DNA of 64,000 nt from an uncultured Chlorobiota bacterium (GTDB lineage: Bacteria > Bacteroidota > Ignavibacteria > UBA10030 > UBA6906), in contig CAADGV010000007.1 of NCBI GenBank assembly GCA_900696645.1, forward strand, positions 195,029 to 259,028, read 5' to 3'. The notes beneath the pieces were generated by a model. That model saw only the letters and a program-made list of their open reading frames with translations. It did no database searches and was not told where the DNA came from. The first letter of the stretch is position 1. Each line of letters begins with the position of its first letter. This document shows, piece by piece, positions 11,008 through 20,900 of this stretch. Position numbers and translations under genes: made by a program.

Positions 11008-11018
11008 AGTCTTTCAAC

Positions 11019-11909
11019 ATGAGTGCAACAATTATCGACGGCAAAGCAATTGCCGCACAAATCAAATCAGAGGTCAAACTCGAAGCCGATAGCCTGAAGC
11101 GGGAACACGGCATTGTGCCCGGACTCGCATTCATACTGGTTGGAGAGAATCCGGCTTCGCAATCGTACGTCCGGTCGAAGGGGAAAGCGTGTAAGGAACT
11201 CGGTTTCCACTCGGTCACAGAAGAACGCCCTTCGACAATTTCGCAGGATGAGATTCTGAAACTCATCCACACATTCAACAGCGATCCGAACATACACGGC
11301 ATTCTCGTTCAGCTTCCGCTTCCGAAACACATTGACGAGAATGAAGTGATTATGGCGATTGATTGGCGGAAAGATGTCGACGGCTTTCATCCGGTTAATG
11401 TCGGCAAGCTTGTTATTGGCCAACCCTGCCTGCGGCCGTGTACGCCTGCCGGCGTGCAGGAGCTTCTCGTTCGTAGCGGCAACGATCCTGCGGGCAAGCA
11501 TGTTGTCGTTGTCGGTCGCAGCAACATTGTGGGCAAGCCGGTGATGAATATTCTCTTGCAGAAACAGCAGGGGGCGAATGCCGTTGTTACGATTGCACAC
11601 ACGGGCGGCGGCGATATTGCGAAGTACACCAAGCAGGCGGACATTGTTGTAGCGGCAATCGGCAAAGCCGAGGCAATTACCGGCGACATGCTGCAGCCAG
11701 GCTGTGTTGTCATTGACGTGGGAATTAACCGTGTGGCAGATGCATCAACAAAGACCGGATCGCGGCTTGTCGGCGATGTTCACTTTGCCTCTGCATCGCA
11801 GGTAGCCTCGGCAATCACGCCGGTTCCCGGTGGCGTCGGGCCGATGACGATCGCAATGCTGATGAAGAATACGCTGCAGGCGGCAAAGAATTTGAGTTCA
11901 ACAACATAG
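11019..11909 (+). CDS. folD: Methylenetetrahydrofolate dehydrogenase/cyclohydrolase
   Basis: IIDGKAIA, GILVQLPLP, KDVDGFHP, PCTPAG, GRSNIVGKP, ITPVPGGVGPMT. Confidence 0.97.
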   Translation: MSATIIDGKAIAAQIKSEVKLEADSLKREHGIVPGLAFILVGENPASQSYVRSKGKACKELGFHSVTEERPSTISQDEILKLIHTFNSDPNIHGILVQLPLPKHIDENEVIMAIDWRKDVDGFHPVNVGKLVIGQPCLRPCTPAGVQELLVRSGNDPAGKHVVVVGRSNIVGKPVMNILLQKQQGANAVVTIAHTGGGDIAKYTKQADIVVAAIGKAEAITGDMLQPGCVVIDVGINRVADASTKTGSRLVGDVHFASASQVASAITPVPGGVGPMTIAMLMKNTLQAAKNLSSTT

Positions 11910-12013
11910 GCGTGTTTCACGCTTTTACGTTAGCCGTCCCGAAGGGTGGCGACACCGCCAATAACATCATATACATCAATTTACTATCACTTGACCTAAA
12001 GAAGGAGAAAACA

Positions 12014-12478
12014 ATGAAAGAACAATATCGCAAGCAAATTATCGATCTGCTCACCGTTGCATATTGGATGGAAATCGAAACCGTTACCAACTACATCGCC
12101 AACTCCGTGCATCTCGACGGCGTGCGTGCCGAGGAAATCAAAAAGTCGCTTGCGGCCGACATCACCGCAGAATTGACGCATGCCCAGATGTTGGTGAAGC
12201 GAGTGAAGGAACTCGGCGGGGCGGTTCCGGGTTCGATGCAGTTCAAGCCAACACAGAAGTCACTGCAACCACCGCAGGATTCGACCGATGTTGTTGCCGT
12301 TATCAAAGGAGTTATCGAAGCGGAAGACGGGGCGATTGAGCATTACGGAAAGTTGATCGAACTCTGCGGCGACGCGCATGATTATGTGACGCAGGATTTG
12401 TGCATTACCCAGCTTGGCGATGAAGAGGGTCACCGAACGGCTTTCGCCGGTTATCTGAAGGAATACACCAAAGGCTGA
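12014..12478 (+). CDS. Ferritin-like/bacterioferritin-family di-iron protein
   Basis: Four-helix pattern with E..., ELTH, E..., DEEGH ligands; SD AAGGAG before ATG 12014. Confidence 0.82.
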   Translation: MKEQYRKQIIDLLTVAYWMEIETVTNYIANSVHLDGVRAEEIKKSLAADITAELTHAQMLVKRVKELGGAVPGSMQFKPTQKSLQPPQDSTDVVAVIKGVIEAEDGAIEHYGKLIELCGDAHDYVTQDLCITQLGDEEGHRTAFAGYLKEYTKG

Positions 12479-12528
12479 CCCTTGCGGCGTATTGCAATTA
12501 GTATCGGGATTTCTTAGGTTTCCAATGG

Positions 12529-12894
12529 ATGGAAGACCTGTTCACAAGGGGTATTGAGGAATTCAACAGGCAGTATTTCTTTGAGGCGCACGACCTGTGG
12601 GAGGAAGTCTGGAGGGATTCCACAGGTCATAACAGGCTCTTCTATCAGGGGTTGATACAAACCGCGGTCGGCTTCTACCACCTTTCCAACAACAACTTCA
12701 AGGGAGCAGACAGCCAACTCGGCAAGGCTTTGACGAAACTTGAAGACTACCTGCCGTTCTTTCATGGAATCAATACACAACAGCTTGCGGCCGGTGTTCG
12801 CTTGTGTCTTGCGGACATCCGGCATGCGCATGAACGAACGGATGGGTTTGATGAGTCGAAAATACCTCGCATACGGTTGGCCGGCTCGGAATGA
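12529..12894 (+). CDS. DUF309-family protein
   Basis: FNRQYFFEAHDLWEEVW...YQGLIQTAVGFYH signature. Confidence 0.88.
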   Translation: MEDLFTRGIEEFNRQYFFEAHDLWEEVWRDSTGHNRLFYQGLIQTAVGFYHLSNNNFKGADSQLGKALTKLEDYLPFFHGINTQQLAAGVRLCLADIRHAHERTDGFDESKIPRIRLAGSE

Positions 12895-12916
12895 AACGAT
12901 GAACCACTTAGAATAA

Positions 12917-13279
<363 letters not shown>

Positions 13280-13297
13280 AGGCTTGTTCAGAGTCTG

Positions 13298-13341
13298 AAA
13301 CGGGTCGGTCTTCGCCGCGGGGACCGACCTGTTTTTGTTTT
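13298..13341 (+). terminator. Intrinsic terminator after ferredoxin
   Basis: Stem aaacgggtcggtc / gaccgacctgttt followed by a T-rich tract. Confidence 0.8.
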
Positions 13342-13371
13342 GCGGACTGCTGAAGGGCAGCCACGAAGCAG

Positions 13372-13894
13372 GACACAAAGGCACGGGGGCACGAAGTATC
13401 ACGAAGCATTCAGAGGAATCCTGAGGTGAACCATGCAGGCGGATGAAAAACAGAAGACAGAATACGCCCCACTGTCCGAACGTGAAGAAGAAATCGGAAG
13501 AAACATCGTCGAGTCTGCCCTCAGTGTTCATAGAGCCCTTGGCCCCGGTTTGCTCGAGAAAGTATATGAAGTGTGCTTCTGTCATGAGTTGCGGAAGAGA
13601 GGATTTGAAGTTCAACCGCAAATCGAAATTCCGATTCAGTACGATGGAATTACCTTTGATGAGGGAATGCGATGTGACGTCCTTGTTGAGAGTTTGGTTA
13701 TTTGTGAGCTTAAAGCGGTGGAGCAGCTAAACCCCGTTTGGGATGCTCAACTCCTCAGCCAATTAAGAATGGCCAACAAAAGACTGGGAAATCGTATCAA
13801 CTTCAATGTACCTCTCATAAAAGGCGGCATCAAGAGAATTATCAACTGATCAGGAGAACCTTTGTGAGACTTTGTGTCTTAGTGACTTCGTGTC
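13372..13894 (+). mobile_element. Inverted-arm element 3 with intact GxxExxY gene
   Basis: 35-nt arms 13372-13406 and 13860-13894 (26/35 Watson-Crick plus 5 G-T) bracket the ORF. Confidence 0.75.
13433..13849 (+). CDS. GxxExxY protein (predicted PD-(D/E)XK nuclease fold)
   Basis: LGPGLLEKVYE signature, RCDVLVE...CELK catalytic-type motif, INFN near the C-terminus; SD GAGGT. Confidence 0.93.
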   Translation: MQADEKQKTEYAPLSEREEEIGRNIVESALSVHRALGPGLLEKVYEVCFCHELRKRGFEVQPQIEIPIQYDGITFDEGMRCDVLVESLVICELKAVEQLNPVWDAQLLSQLRMANKRLGNRINFNVPLIKGGIKRIIN

Positions 13895-13904
13895 GAAGAA
13901 AACA

Positions 13905-14753
13905 ATGAACATCGGCAACTACAACCTTTACTCAATACAAACCGGCACCTTTGCCCTCGACGGCGGCGCCATGTTCGGCGTTGTTCCGAAGACGATGTGG
14001 GAGAAAGCAATTCAACCGGACGAGAAGAACCGCATCGGTATGGCGGCACGGGCGTTGCTTCTTATCGGCAACGGCAGGAAGATTCTGATTGACGACGGCA
14101 ACGGCTCGAAATTCAATGATAAGCTTCGTTCTATTTACAAAATAGACAACAGCCGGAACGATCTGCTTTCTTCGTTGAAGAAACTCGATCTTTCTTCCGC
14201 CGACATCACTGACGTCATCCTGACTCATCTACATTTCGATCATGCGGGCGGCTCGACGTTCAGAGATGCGGACGGTATAGTCAAGCCGACGTTTCCGAAT
14301 GCGAAATACTACGTGCAGCGCGAGCATTGGGAGGCGGCAAACAACCCCACGGAGCGAGACAAGGCGAGCTTCTTCCGTGATGATTTCATGCCGTTGTACG
14401 AGCACGGCATGATGAACTTCACCGAAGGTGAAGGCGAAATTCTCCCCGGCATCTCCTGCAGGATTTGCAACGGCCACACCTCGGCGTTGCAAGCCCCGCT
14501 CATCTCGGATGGAGAAACCACGCTGCTGTACGTTGCCGACTTGATGCCGACGATTGCCCATGTGCAGCTTCCCTGGATTATGGGATACGACCTGCGCCCG
14601 CTTGTTACGCTTGAAGAGAAGCGGCGAATTCTTAACGAGGCTGTCGAGGGTAATTGGACTTTGTTCTTTGAGCATGATGCAACGGTCGAGACATGCCGAT
14701 TGCAGCGAACAGACAAAGGCATCGTTGCCGTGAATCCTTCGCCGCTCGGTTAG
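13905..14753 (+). CDS. MBL-fold metallo-hydrolase (YtnP/lactonase-like)
   Basis: LDGGAMFGVVPK, THLHFDHAGG, GHT, WIMGYD, FEHD. Confidence 0.9.
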   Translation: MNIGNYNLYSIQTGTFALDGGAMFGVVPKTMWEKAIQPDEKNRIGMAARALLLIGNGRKILIDDGNGSKFNDKLRSIYKIDNSRNDLLSSLKKLDLSSADITDVILTHLHFDHAGGSTFRDADGIVKPTFPNAKYYVQREHWEAANNPTERDKASFFRDDFMPLYEHGMMNFTEGEGEILPGISCRICNGHTSALQAPLISDGETTLLYVADLMPTIAHVQLPWIMGYDLRPLVTLEEKRRILNEAVEGNWTLFFEHDATVETCRLQRTDKGIVAVNPSPLG

Positions 14754-14758
14754 CCCGA

Positions 14759-15079
14759 ATGCCGGCCGAATTTATCAAAGTAGTCAGAGTGTCGGATCTT
14801 CCGGAACGTGGCGGCAAATTCATCAGAATTGGAGATGATGAGATTGCGCTCTTCAGGGTGGATGGAAAACTCTTTGCAATCAACAACGTTTGCGCACACC
14901 AGCACATCTCGGCATTGCATCAGGGAATCGTAAGCGGAGTGAATGTGACATGCCCGATGCACGGCTGGACGTATTCTTTGGAAACAGGGAAAGCAGTCAG
15001 CGGAAGCGGATGCGTCAAAACGTATCCCGTGAAAGTTGTGGGAGAGAATGTGTTCATAGAAGTCGAAAGAGCAGACTGA
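14759..15079 (+). CDS. Rieske [2Fe-2S] ferredoxin (NirD-like)
   Basis: CAH...CPMHGW Rieske ligands. Confidence 0.88.
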   Translation: MPAEFIKVVRVSDLPERGGKFIRIGDDEIALFRVDGKLFAINNVCAHQHISALHQGIVSGVNVTCPMHGWTYSLETGKAVSGSGCVKTYPVKVVGENVFIEVERAD

Positions 15080-15094
15080 AATTGTGAGTTGGCT

Positions 15095-15120
15095 AAAGCC
15101 TGCGACTTCAGTCGTAGGGA
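15095..15120 (+). repeat. REP or IS200/IS605-end-like hairpin
   Basis: aaagCCTGCGAC-ttca-GTCGTAGG: 8-bp stem with one G-T pair, no U-tract. Confidence 0.45.
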
Positions 15121-15168
15121 ATGAATAACTGAGACAGTTCCGGTAACCGATTCTTCGGTTCTCATGCC

Positions 15169-16116
15169 ATGCACGCAACAGAAAAGGTTAAGACTAAAGC
15201 GCTCGATCTTGGTTTCACGAAGGTTGGAATTGCGAAAGCAGAGCCGCTGACGGCTGAGGCGGAGCATCTGCGAGAATGGTTGCATCGGGGCTACAACGCT
15301 TCAATGGATTGGATGTTCCGCAACGTTGAAAAACGCGTCGATCCGCGCGCAATCGTGCCCGGGGCAAAGTCTGTAATTTGCGTTGCGCTAAACTACTACA
15401 CACCGGCGCAGCATTCAAACAAGCCGGGCGTTGGAAAAATTTCCCGCTACGCTTGGGGTGATGATTACCATGACATTCTCACCGGAAAACTCAAGCAGTT
15501 GTGGGGGTGGCTTCAGCAGGAATTCCCCGGCATTGAAGGCCGCTATTATGTTGATACCGGCCCAGTTATGGACAAAGTGTGGGCGCAACGGGCTGGCATC
15601 GGCTGGATTGCGAAGCACACGAATGTCATCACGCAGGATTTCGGCTCGTGGGTTTTTCTGGGCGAGCTTATTACGACACTCGAACTCGATGCCGATCAAC
15701 CTGCAACCGATCACTGCGGCACATGCACGCTTTGTATCGAGGCTTGTCCGACGAATGCAATCGTTGAAGAATACGTCGTAGATTCAAACAAGTGTCTTTC
15801 ATATCTTACCATCGAACATAAGGGGGAGATTGAAGGTGAGATACGGCATCAATTTGAGAATTGGATTTACGGCTGCGATATTTGTCAGGATGTGTGTCCG
15901 TGGAATCACAAATTCTCAGCAGAGACAGATGAAGAGAATTTTGAACCGCGAGACTGGAATGTTGCCCCGGACCTTGAAGATTGGATCGATATGACGCAAG
16001 AGGGTTTCAGCAGAAAATTCAAGGGAAGCCCGATCAAAAGAACAAAGCTTGCAGGATTGAGACGAAATGTCGGGATTGTCCTGGAACATCAGCATGATCC
16101 GAATGAGGCAAGGTGA
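15169..16116 (+). CDS. queG: Epoxyqueuosine reductase
   Basis: ISRYAWGDDYH, VDTGP, GSWVFLG, CGTCTLCIEACPT, GCDICQDVCPWN. Confidence 0.95.
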   Translation: MHATEKVKTKALDLGFTKVGIAKAEPLTAEAEHLREWLHRGYNASMDWMFRNVEKRVDPRAIVPGAKSVICVALNYYTPAQHSNKPGVGKISRYAWGDDYHDILTGKLKQLWGWLQQEFPGIEGRYYVDTGPVMDKVWAQRAGIGWIAKHTNVITQDFGSWVFLGELITTLELDADQPATDHCGTCTLCIEACPTNAIVEEYVVDSNKCLSYLTIEHKGEIEGEIRHQFENWIYGCDICQDVCPWNHKFSAETDEENFEPRDWNVAPDLEDWIDMTQEGFSRKFKGSPIKRTKLAGLRRNVGIVLEHQHDPNEAR

Positions 16117-16178
16117 CCCGATTTTGCGTGCTGTTTCATCTAACCTGACACACAGAAAATCCATCAGGAAAACGGAAT

Positions 16179-17123
16179 ATGTCAAACCATCATACATTAA
16201 TCATTATCGGTTCGGGTCCCGCAGGGTTTACAGCAGCATTGTATGCGGGTCGCGCAAACCTGAATCCTGTCGTCTTTGAAGGGATTCAACCCGGCGGACA
16301 ACTCACCATCACAACTGAAGTCGAAAACTATCCCGGCTTTGCCCAAGGTATCATGGGGCCGGAGTTGATGGACATTATGCGAGCGCAGGCACAGCGGTTC
16401 GGGGCGCAATCCATCTACAAACTTATCACAAGAGTAGATTTCTCTCAACGTCCTTTCAAACTCTGGGCGGACGAAGAGGAATACACTGCCGACGCTGTTA
16501 TTGTTGCGACCGGCGCTTCGGCCAAGCTGCTCGGCCTTCCTTCAGAGAAGGAGTACATGGGCTACGGCGTTTCTGCGTGTGCAACATGCGATGGCTTCTT
16601 CTTCAAGAATCAGGAAGTGATTGTTGTCGGCGGAGGCGATACTGCTGTTGAAGAGGCTACGTTCCTTACAAAGTTCGCATCGAAAGTGACGATTGTTCAT
16701 CGGCGCGATGCGTTGCGTGCATCAAAGATAATGCAGGAGAAGGCATTCAAGAATCCGAAGATTGCATTTGCATGGGATTCCGTCGTTGAAGAAATCCTCG
16801 GCAAAAGCGAAAACGGCAAGAAACTCGTTACAGGTGTTCGACTCAAGAATGTCAAAACCGGCGCCGTTACGGACCTGAAGGCCGACGGCGTGTTCATGGG
16901 AATCGGACATCAACCCAACACATCTCTTTTCAAAGGTCAGCTTGAGATGGATGAGGTTGGGTATCTCAAGTTGAGAAACCGCAGCACGCGAACGAACATC
17001 GCGGGAGTATTTGCTGCGGGCGATGTTGCCGATAGCGTCTATCGTCAAGCAGTAACTGCCGCAGGATCGGGCTGTGCCGCTGCCATTGATGCCGAACGCT
17101 GGCTCGAAAGCCAGCACGATTGA
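16179..17123 (+). CDS. trxB: Thioredoxin-disulfide reductase
   Basis: IIGSGPAG, GGQLTITTEVENYPG, CATCDG, GGGDTA, FAAGDV. Confidence 0.97.
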   Translation: MSNHHTLIIIGSGPAGFTAALYAGRANLNPVVFEGIQPGGQLTITTEVENYPGFAQGIMGPELMDIMRAQAQRFGAQSIYKLITRVDFSQRPFKLWADEEEYTADAVIVATGASAKLLGLPSEKEYMGYGVSACATCDGFFFKNQEVIVVGGGDTAVEEATFLTKFASKVTIVHRRDALRASKIMQEKAFKNPKIAFAWDSVVEEILGKSENGKKLVTGVRLKNVKTGAVTDLKADGVFMGIGHQPNTSLFKGQLEMDEVGYLKLRNRSTRTNIAGVFAAGDVADSVYRQAVTAAGSGCAAAIDAERWLESQHD

Positions 17124-17143
17124 TTCTCAGCAGTTTCGGGAGC

Positions 17144-17192
17144 TTGACAATAGGGACAGAATGCAGTATATTCTACTGCATAATTACTGTAT
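17144..17192 (+). promoter_or_regulatory. Sigma70 promoter with overlapping palindromic operator
   Basis: TTGACA (17144)-17 nt-TATATT (17167); ATGCAGTA-N5-TACTGCAT (17161-17181) overlaps the -10; extra half-site TACTGTAT just downstream. Confidence 0.8.
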
Positions 17193-17210
17193 CTTAGAAG
17201 GAGCAGCAGA

Positions 17211-17420
17211 ATGGCAACAACAAGAGTTACGGCAGATTTCGATGCAGAGGCCTACAAAGCCCTGAACGAAGTTGCTGAGTTGCTGGGAACGACAAAAGCC
17301 GACGCAATCAGAAGGGCGCTCGGGCTAAGTCGCTACGTACTGAAGCAAAAGCACAACGGAAAGAAACTCATTCTCGAAGATGAGGATGGGAAAGATAAGG
17401 TCGAGATCGTTACCCTGTAA
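17211..17420 (+). CDS. Ribbon-helix-helix (CopG-like) DNA-binding protein
   Basis: TRVTADF beta-strand followed by LNEVAELLGTTKADAIRRAL; SD AAGGAG. Confidence 0.8.
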   Translation: MATTRVTADFDAEAYKALNEVAELLGTTKADAIRRALGLSRYVLKQKHNGKKLILEDEDGKDKVEIVTL

Positions 17421-17427
17421 TCCCCTC

Positions 17428-17709
17428 ATGGCAAAAGCGAGCGGCTCACACGAATCAGTCACAACCGAACGGGTCGGGCTTGTCGAATCGGTGAGTGACC
17501 CGGAAATCAGGAAGTCTGTCCAGCGTTTGCGCGAACGCGTTCGCGGCCAGACTGTGATTGCCTTGTTAATTACAATGCTCGCCATCTACATCATGCCGAT
17601 TGCGTTTCCGGAGTCTGCGGACAAGATGATCCCTATTTCCGAGAAGCTTCTCACGGCACTCATCGGCTTGCTCGGCACTGCGATAGCATTCTACTTCAGG
17701 AACGACTAA
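17428..17709 (+). CDS. Small two-TM membrane protein, function unknown
   Basis: Hydrophobic segments VIALLITMLAIYIMPIAF and LLTALIGLLGTAIAFYF; 7 nt after the RHH stop. Confidence 0.7.
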   Translation: MAKASGSHESVTTERVGLVESVSDPEIRKSVQRLRERVRGQTVIALLITMLAIYIMPIAFPESADKMIPISEKLLTALIGLLGTAIAFYFRND

Positions 17710-17918
17710 CCGCATCGTTTCATCTCGCATCTTCTTCATCGAATCATCCCAGTTTGTTGAATGTCAGAACAATTTTCTGTAATCTCTCTCCGAAACAAGT
17801 GTTCTTCATTCAGCAATCTCACTCCGTTATTGTGAGTACGAAACATCTCCGGGCGGAAGGATGATGGTACGAGAGTCGTGCTTACGATGAATAGACTCTG
17901 ACGGTGTTCTGAAAAGAG

Positions 17919-20900
17919 ATGATTCTGTTCCGAAGCATAACGCATCACCTGATCCCGAAAGGCACCTTCCCCTTCCTTTTCCTCCTCTCCTTTATTCCAA
18001 TTCTTGGCGCAGTCGGGCAAAGCCGCCAAATGAAATTCGACCAGATCACTGTTGAACACGGCCTGTCGAGTCTTACGCCATTTCACATCGTACAGGATCA
18101 GCAAGGTTTTCTCTGGATTGGAACGGAGGACGGTCTGAACCGGTACGACGGCTACGCGTTTGTTGTGTATCGCCCGGACCCGAAGGATTCAACAACACTC
18201 AGCAGAGGCTTGTGCAGCGGATTGGCTGTTTCGCGGGACGGAACTCTCTGGGTTGCAACCGAAACTGACATTCTCCACCGTTACGACCCGGACACTGATT
18301 CGTTTGTGCGCCACAAGGTTGTCGTGCCGCACGAAGTAAAAATCGACTACCGGCTGAGTCTCGGCCATATCAAGCCGGACGGCGATAGCACGTTATGGAT
18401 TGCTACAAATGCGGGTTTGTGCAAGTTCAACACGAAGTCATTTGAAAGCCGCTTCTTCACACATTACCCGGCCGATTCAGCTACATTGAGCATGAACACA
18501 CTCCGCACGCTCAGTCCGGAAGGAAATGACGTTATCTGGATTTCCTCGCCGAAAGGGCTGAACAGGTTCGACAAGCGAAGCGAAAAGGTTCAGCGATTTC
18601 AGTTCAACGCACCACCATTCAAGCCCGGCCATAACGATGTTCACGATGTTGCGGTAGATGCCGTAGGCACAGTCTGGGCCGCAACCTTTTCAGGATTGTT
18701 GCGGCTCGACACACAGACGGGGAAGTTCATTCCCTTCAGACAGAAAACAGCAAGGGGTCCCGATCTTGGAACAGAAGCGTTCGTCAACACGGTGTACGTT
18801 GATGACACGGGCATCGTGTGGGTAGGCGCGTTCAGGGATGGATTGTTTAGGTTTGATCCGTTCGCCGGACGATTTGCGCAACATCTTCACGATGCGGCGA
18901 ATCGCCGTTCGCTGAATGACGACAGAATTACGTGCATCTTTCAGGATCGATCGGATGTGTTGTGGGTTGGAACATATCGCGTAGGGCTGAACAAATACGA
19001 CAGGCGCCAGGATCAGTATGCACACTATCCGGCCAGCCGCGGTGTGTTTGCAGTTCGGGAGGATTCCTTCGGCGATATTTGGGTGGGGATGTTCGGCAAT
19101 GGAATTCGTATCTACGAAAAGAAATCGGGGAAGATGAGAGAATTCCTGCCAAATCCTTCAAAGCCCGGAGCCTTGCGCGGGCCGGAAATCTACTCGTTTG
19201 CCGAAGATCGTTCGGGTGACATGTGGATTGCGACAAACCTCGGCGTTGAACGATACGATCATGCAACGCAACAATTCAGGCAACATGAGTTGAATAGATT
19301 CTTACGGCGAGCCGCCACTGCTACAGTCAAGTGCCTGTTGATTGACAGCGACGGAGAGTTGTGGGCAGGTACGTTTGCGCCAAGCCTCTTAAGGTACAAC
19401 CCGAAGAGCGGAGCGATGACAGAATACAAACACAATCCCGGCAGTCCGAATTCCCTCATCGCCGGTGAAATCTGGACACTGTATCAGGATCGGGCGGGCA
19501 GAATCTGGGCCGGATCATTCAGCGGCGGCGTTTGCATGTTTGATAAGAAGGTAAACAGTTTTACTTCCTTTCAACACAACGAGGACGATCCGGCGAGTCT
19601 TCCGGTTCACGGTGTGTATGCAATCACGCAGGACGAAAGGGGATTTGTCTGGTTTGGCGGAGTCGGCGGCGGGCTGATACGATTCGATCTTGAATCGAAA
19701 AGCTACAAACAATATACGGTACGCGAAGGACTTGCGGACAATTTTGTCAAAACCGTGATTGTTGATGGAAGAGGAAATCTCTGGCTCGGCACCGACAAGG
19801 GAATTTCGATGTTCGACAAGAAGTCGGAAACATTCAAGAATCTGAAAGAGAAGGACGGCATTCTGGGCAACGTGTTTCTCTCGGGGTCGGCATTTCGAAG
19901 CGCGACAGGGATGCTGTACTTCGGCGGCGAGCGGGGTGTAACGGCGTTTCATCCCGACAGTCTTAAGCCGAAAGAATATAAACCTCCCGTGGTGTTGACG
20001 AGCTTCACAGTGTTTGAGAAACCGTTTCCGCTTGACAAATCCATCATGTTCCTGCCCGACATTGCATTGAAGCACGACGAGCATACGTTTTCATTCGAGT
20101 TCGTTGCACTCGACTATTCGCTTCCTGAAAGAAACGAATATGCGTACAAGCTTGAGGGACTTGACACCGCTTGGACCCGGGCAGGTACACGGCGTTATGC
20201 GAGCTACACACACATTCCCCCGGGTTCGTACACGTTCCGCGTACGCGGCTCGAATAGCGATGGAACCTGGAACGAAGACGGCGCATCTGTCCGGATAGTC
20301 ATTTCTCCACCTTTCTGGGATACGTGGTGGTTTAGAATTGCGGCTCTCATCTTTGTTGCCGGAGCCGGAACAGCTATCTACAACTATCGCGTGAACCGCC
20401 TGCTGGAAATCGAGCGGCTACGCGTACGGATCGCCAGCGATTTGCATGATGATATCGGCTCGTCTCTCACAAAAATCTCCCTGCAAAGCGAATTGATTCA
20501 AGAGGGATTTGAACCTGAGGAGAGGGAGAATTATCTCAGGAACATCGCCTCGATGAGCCGTGAGCTTGTTACATCCATGAGCGATATTGTCTGGTCAATT
20601 GATGCCCGCAACGATACAATTGAAAGTGTGCTTGATAAGATGAAGAGTTTTGCATCGAGCACACTTGCGGTAAAGGATATCGGCTTTAACTTTGCCCATT
20701 CCGGTCTCGATCTGAAGAAGAAGATTCCTGTTGATGTCCGGGAAAATCTGTACCTTATCTTCAAGGAAGCCATCAACAACATCGCCAAACATGCAGGCGC
20801 TTCTCACGTGAACGTCGTGTTGCGGAATGATGCCGACAGCTTTTCAATGGTTGTTGTTGATGATGGAAAAGGATGGGAAGGTACCGCACGCCCGAGCGGG

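Noticed and set aside
13338..13350. 13-mer ttttgcggactgc also present at 56766-56778
   Set aside because: Chance 13-mer matches are expected in 64 kb; no flanking similarity or arm structure at the second site.
13872..13904. N-terminal extension of the MBL hydrolase ORF
   Set aside because: It is encoded by the 3' arm of element 3; ATG 13905 fits the family start.
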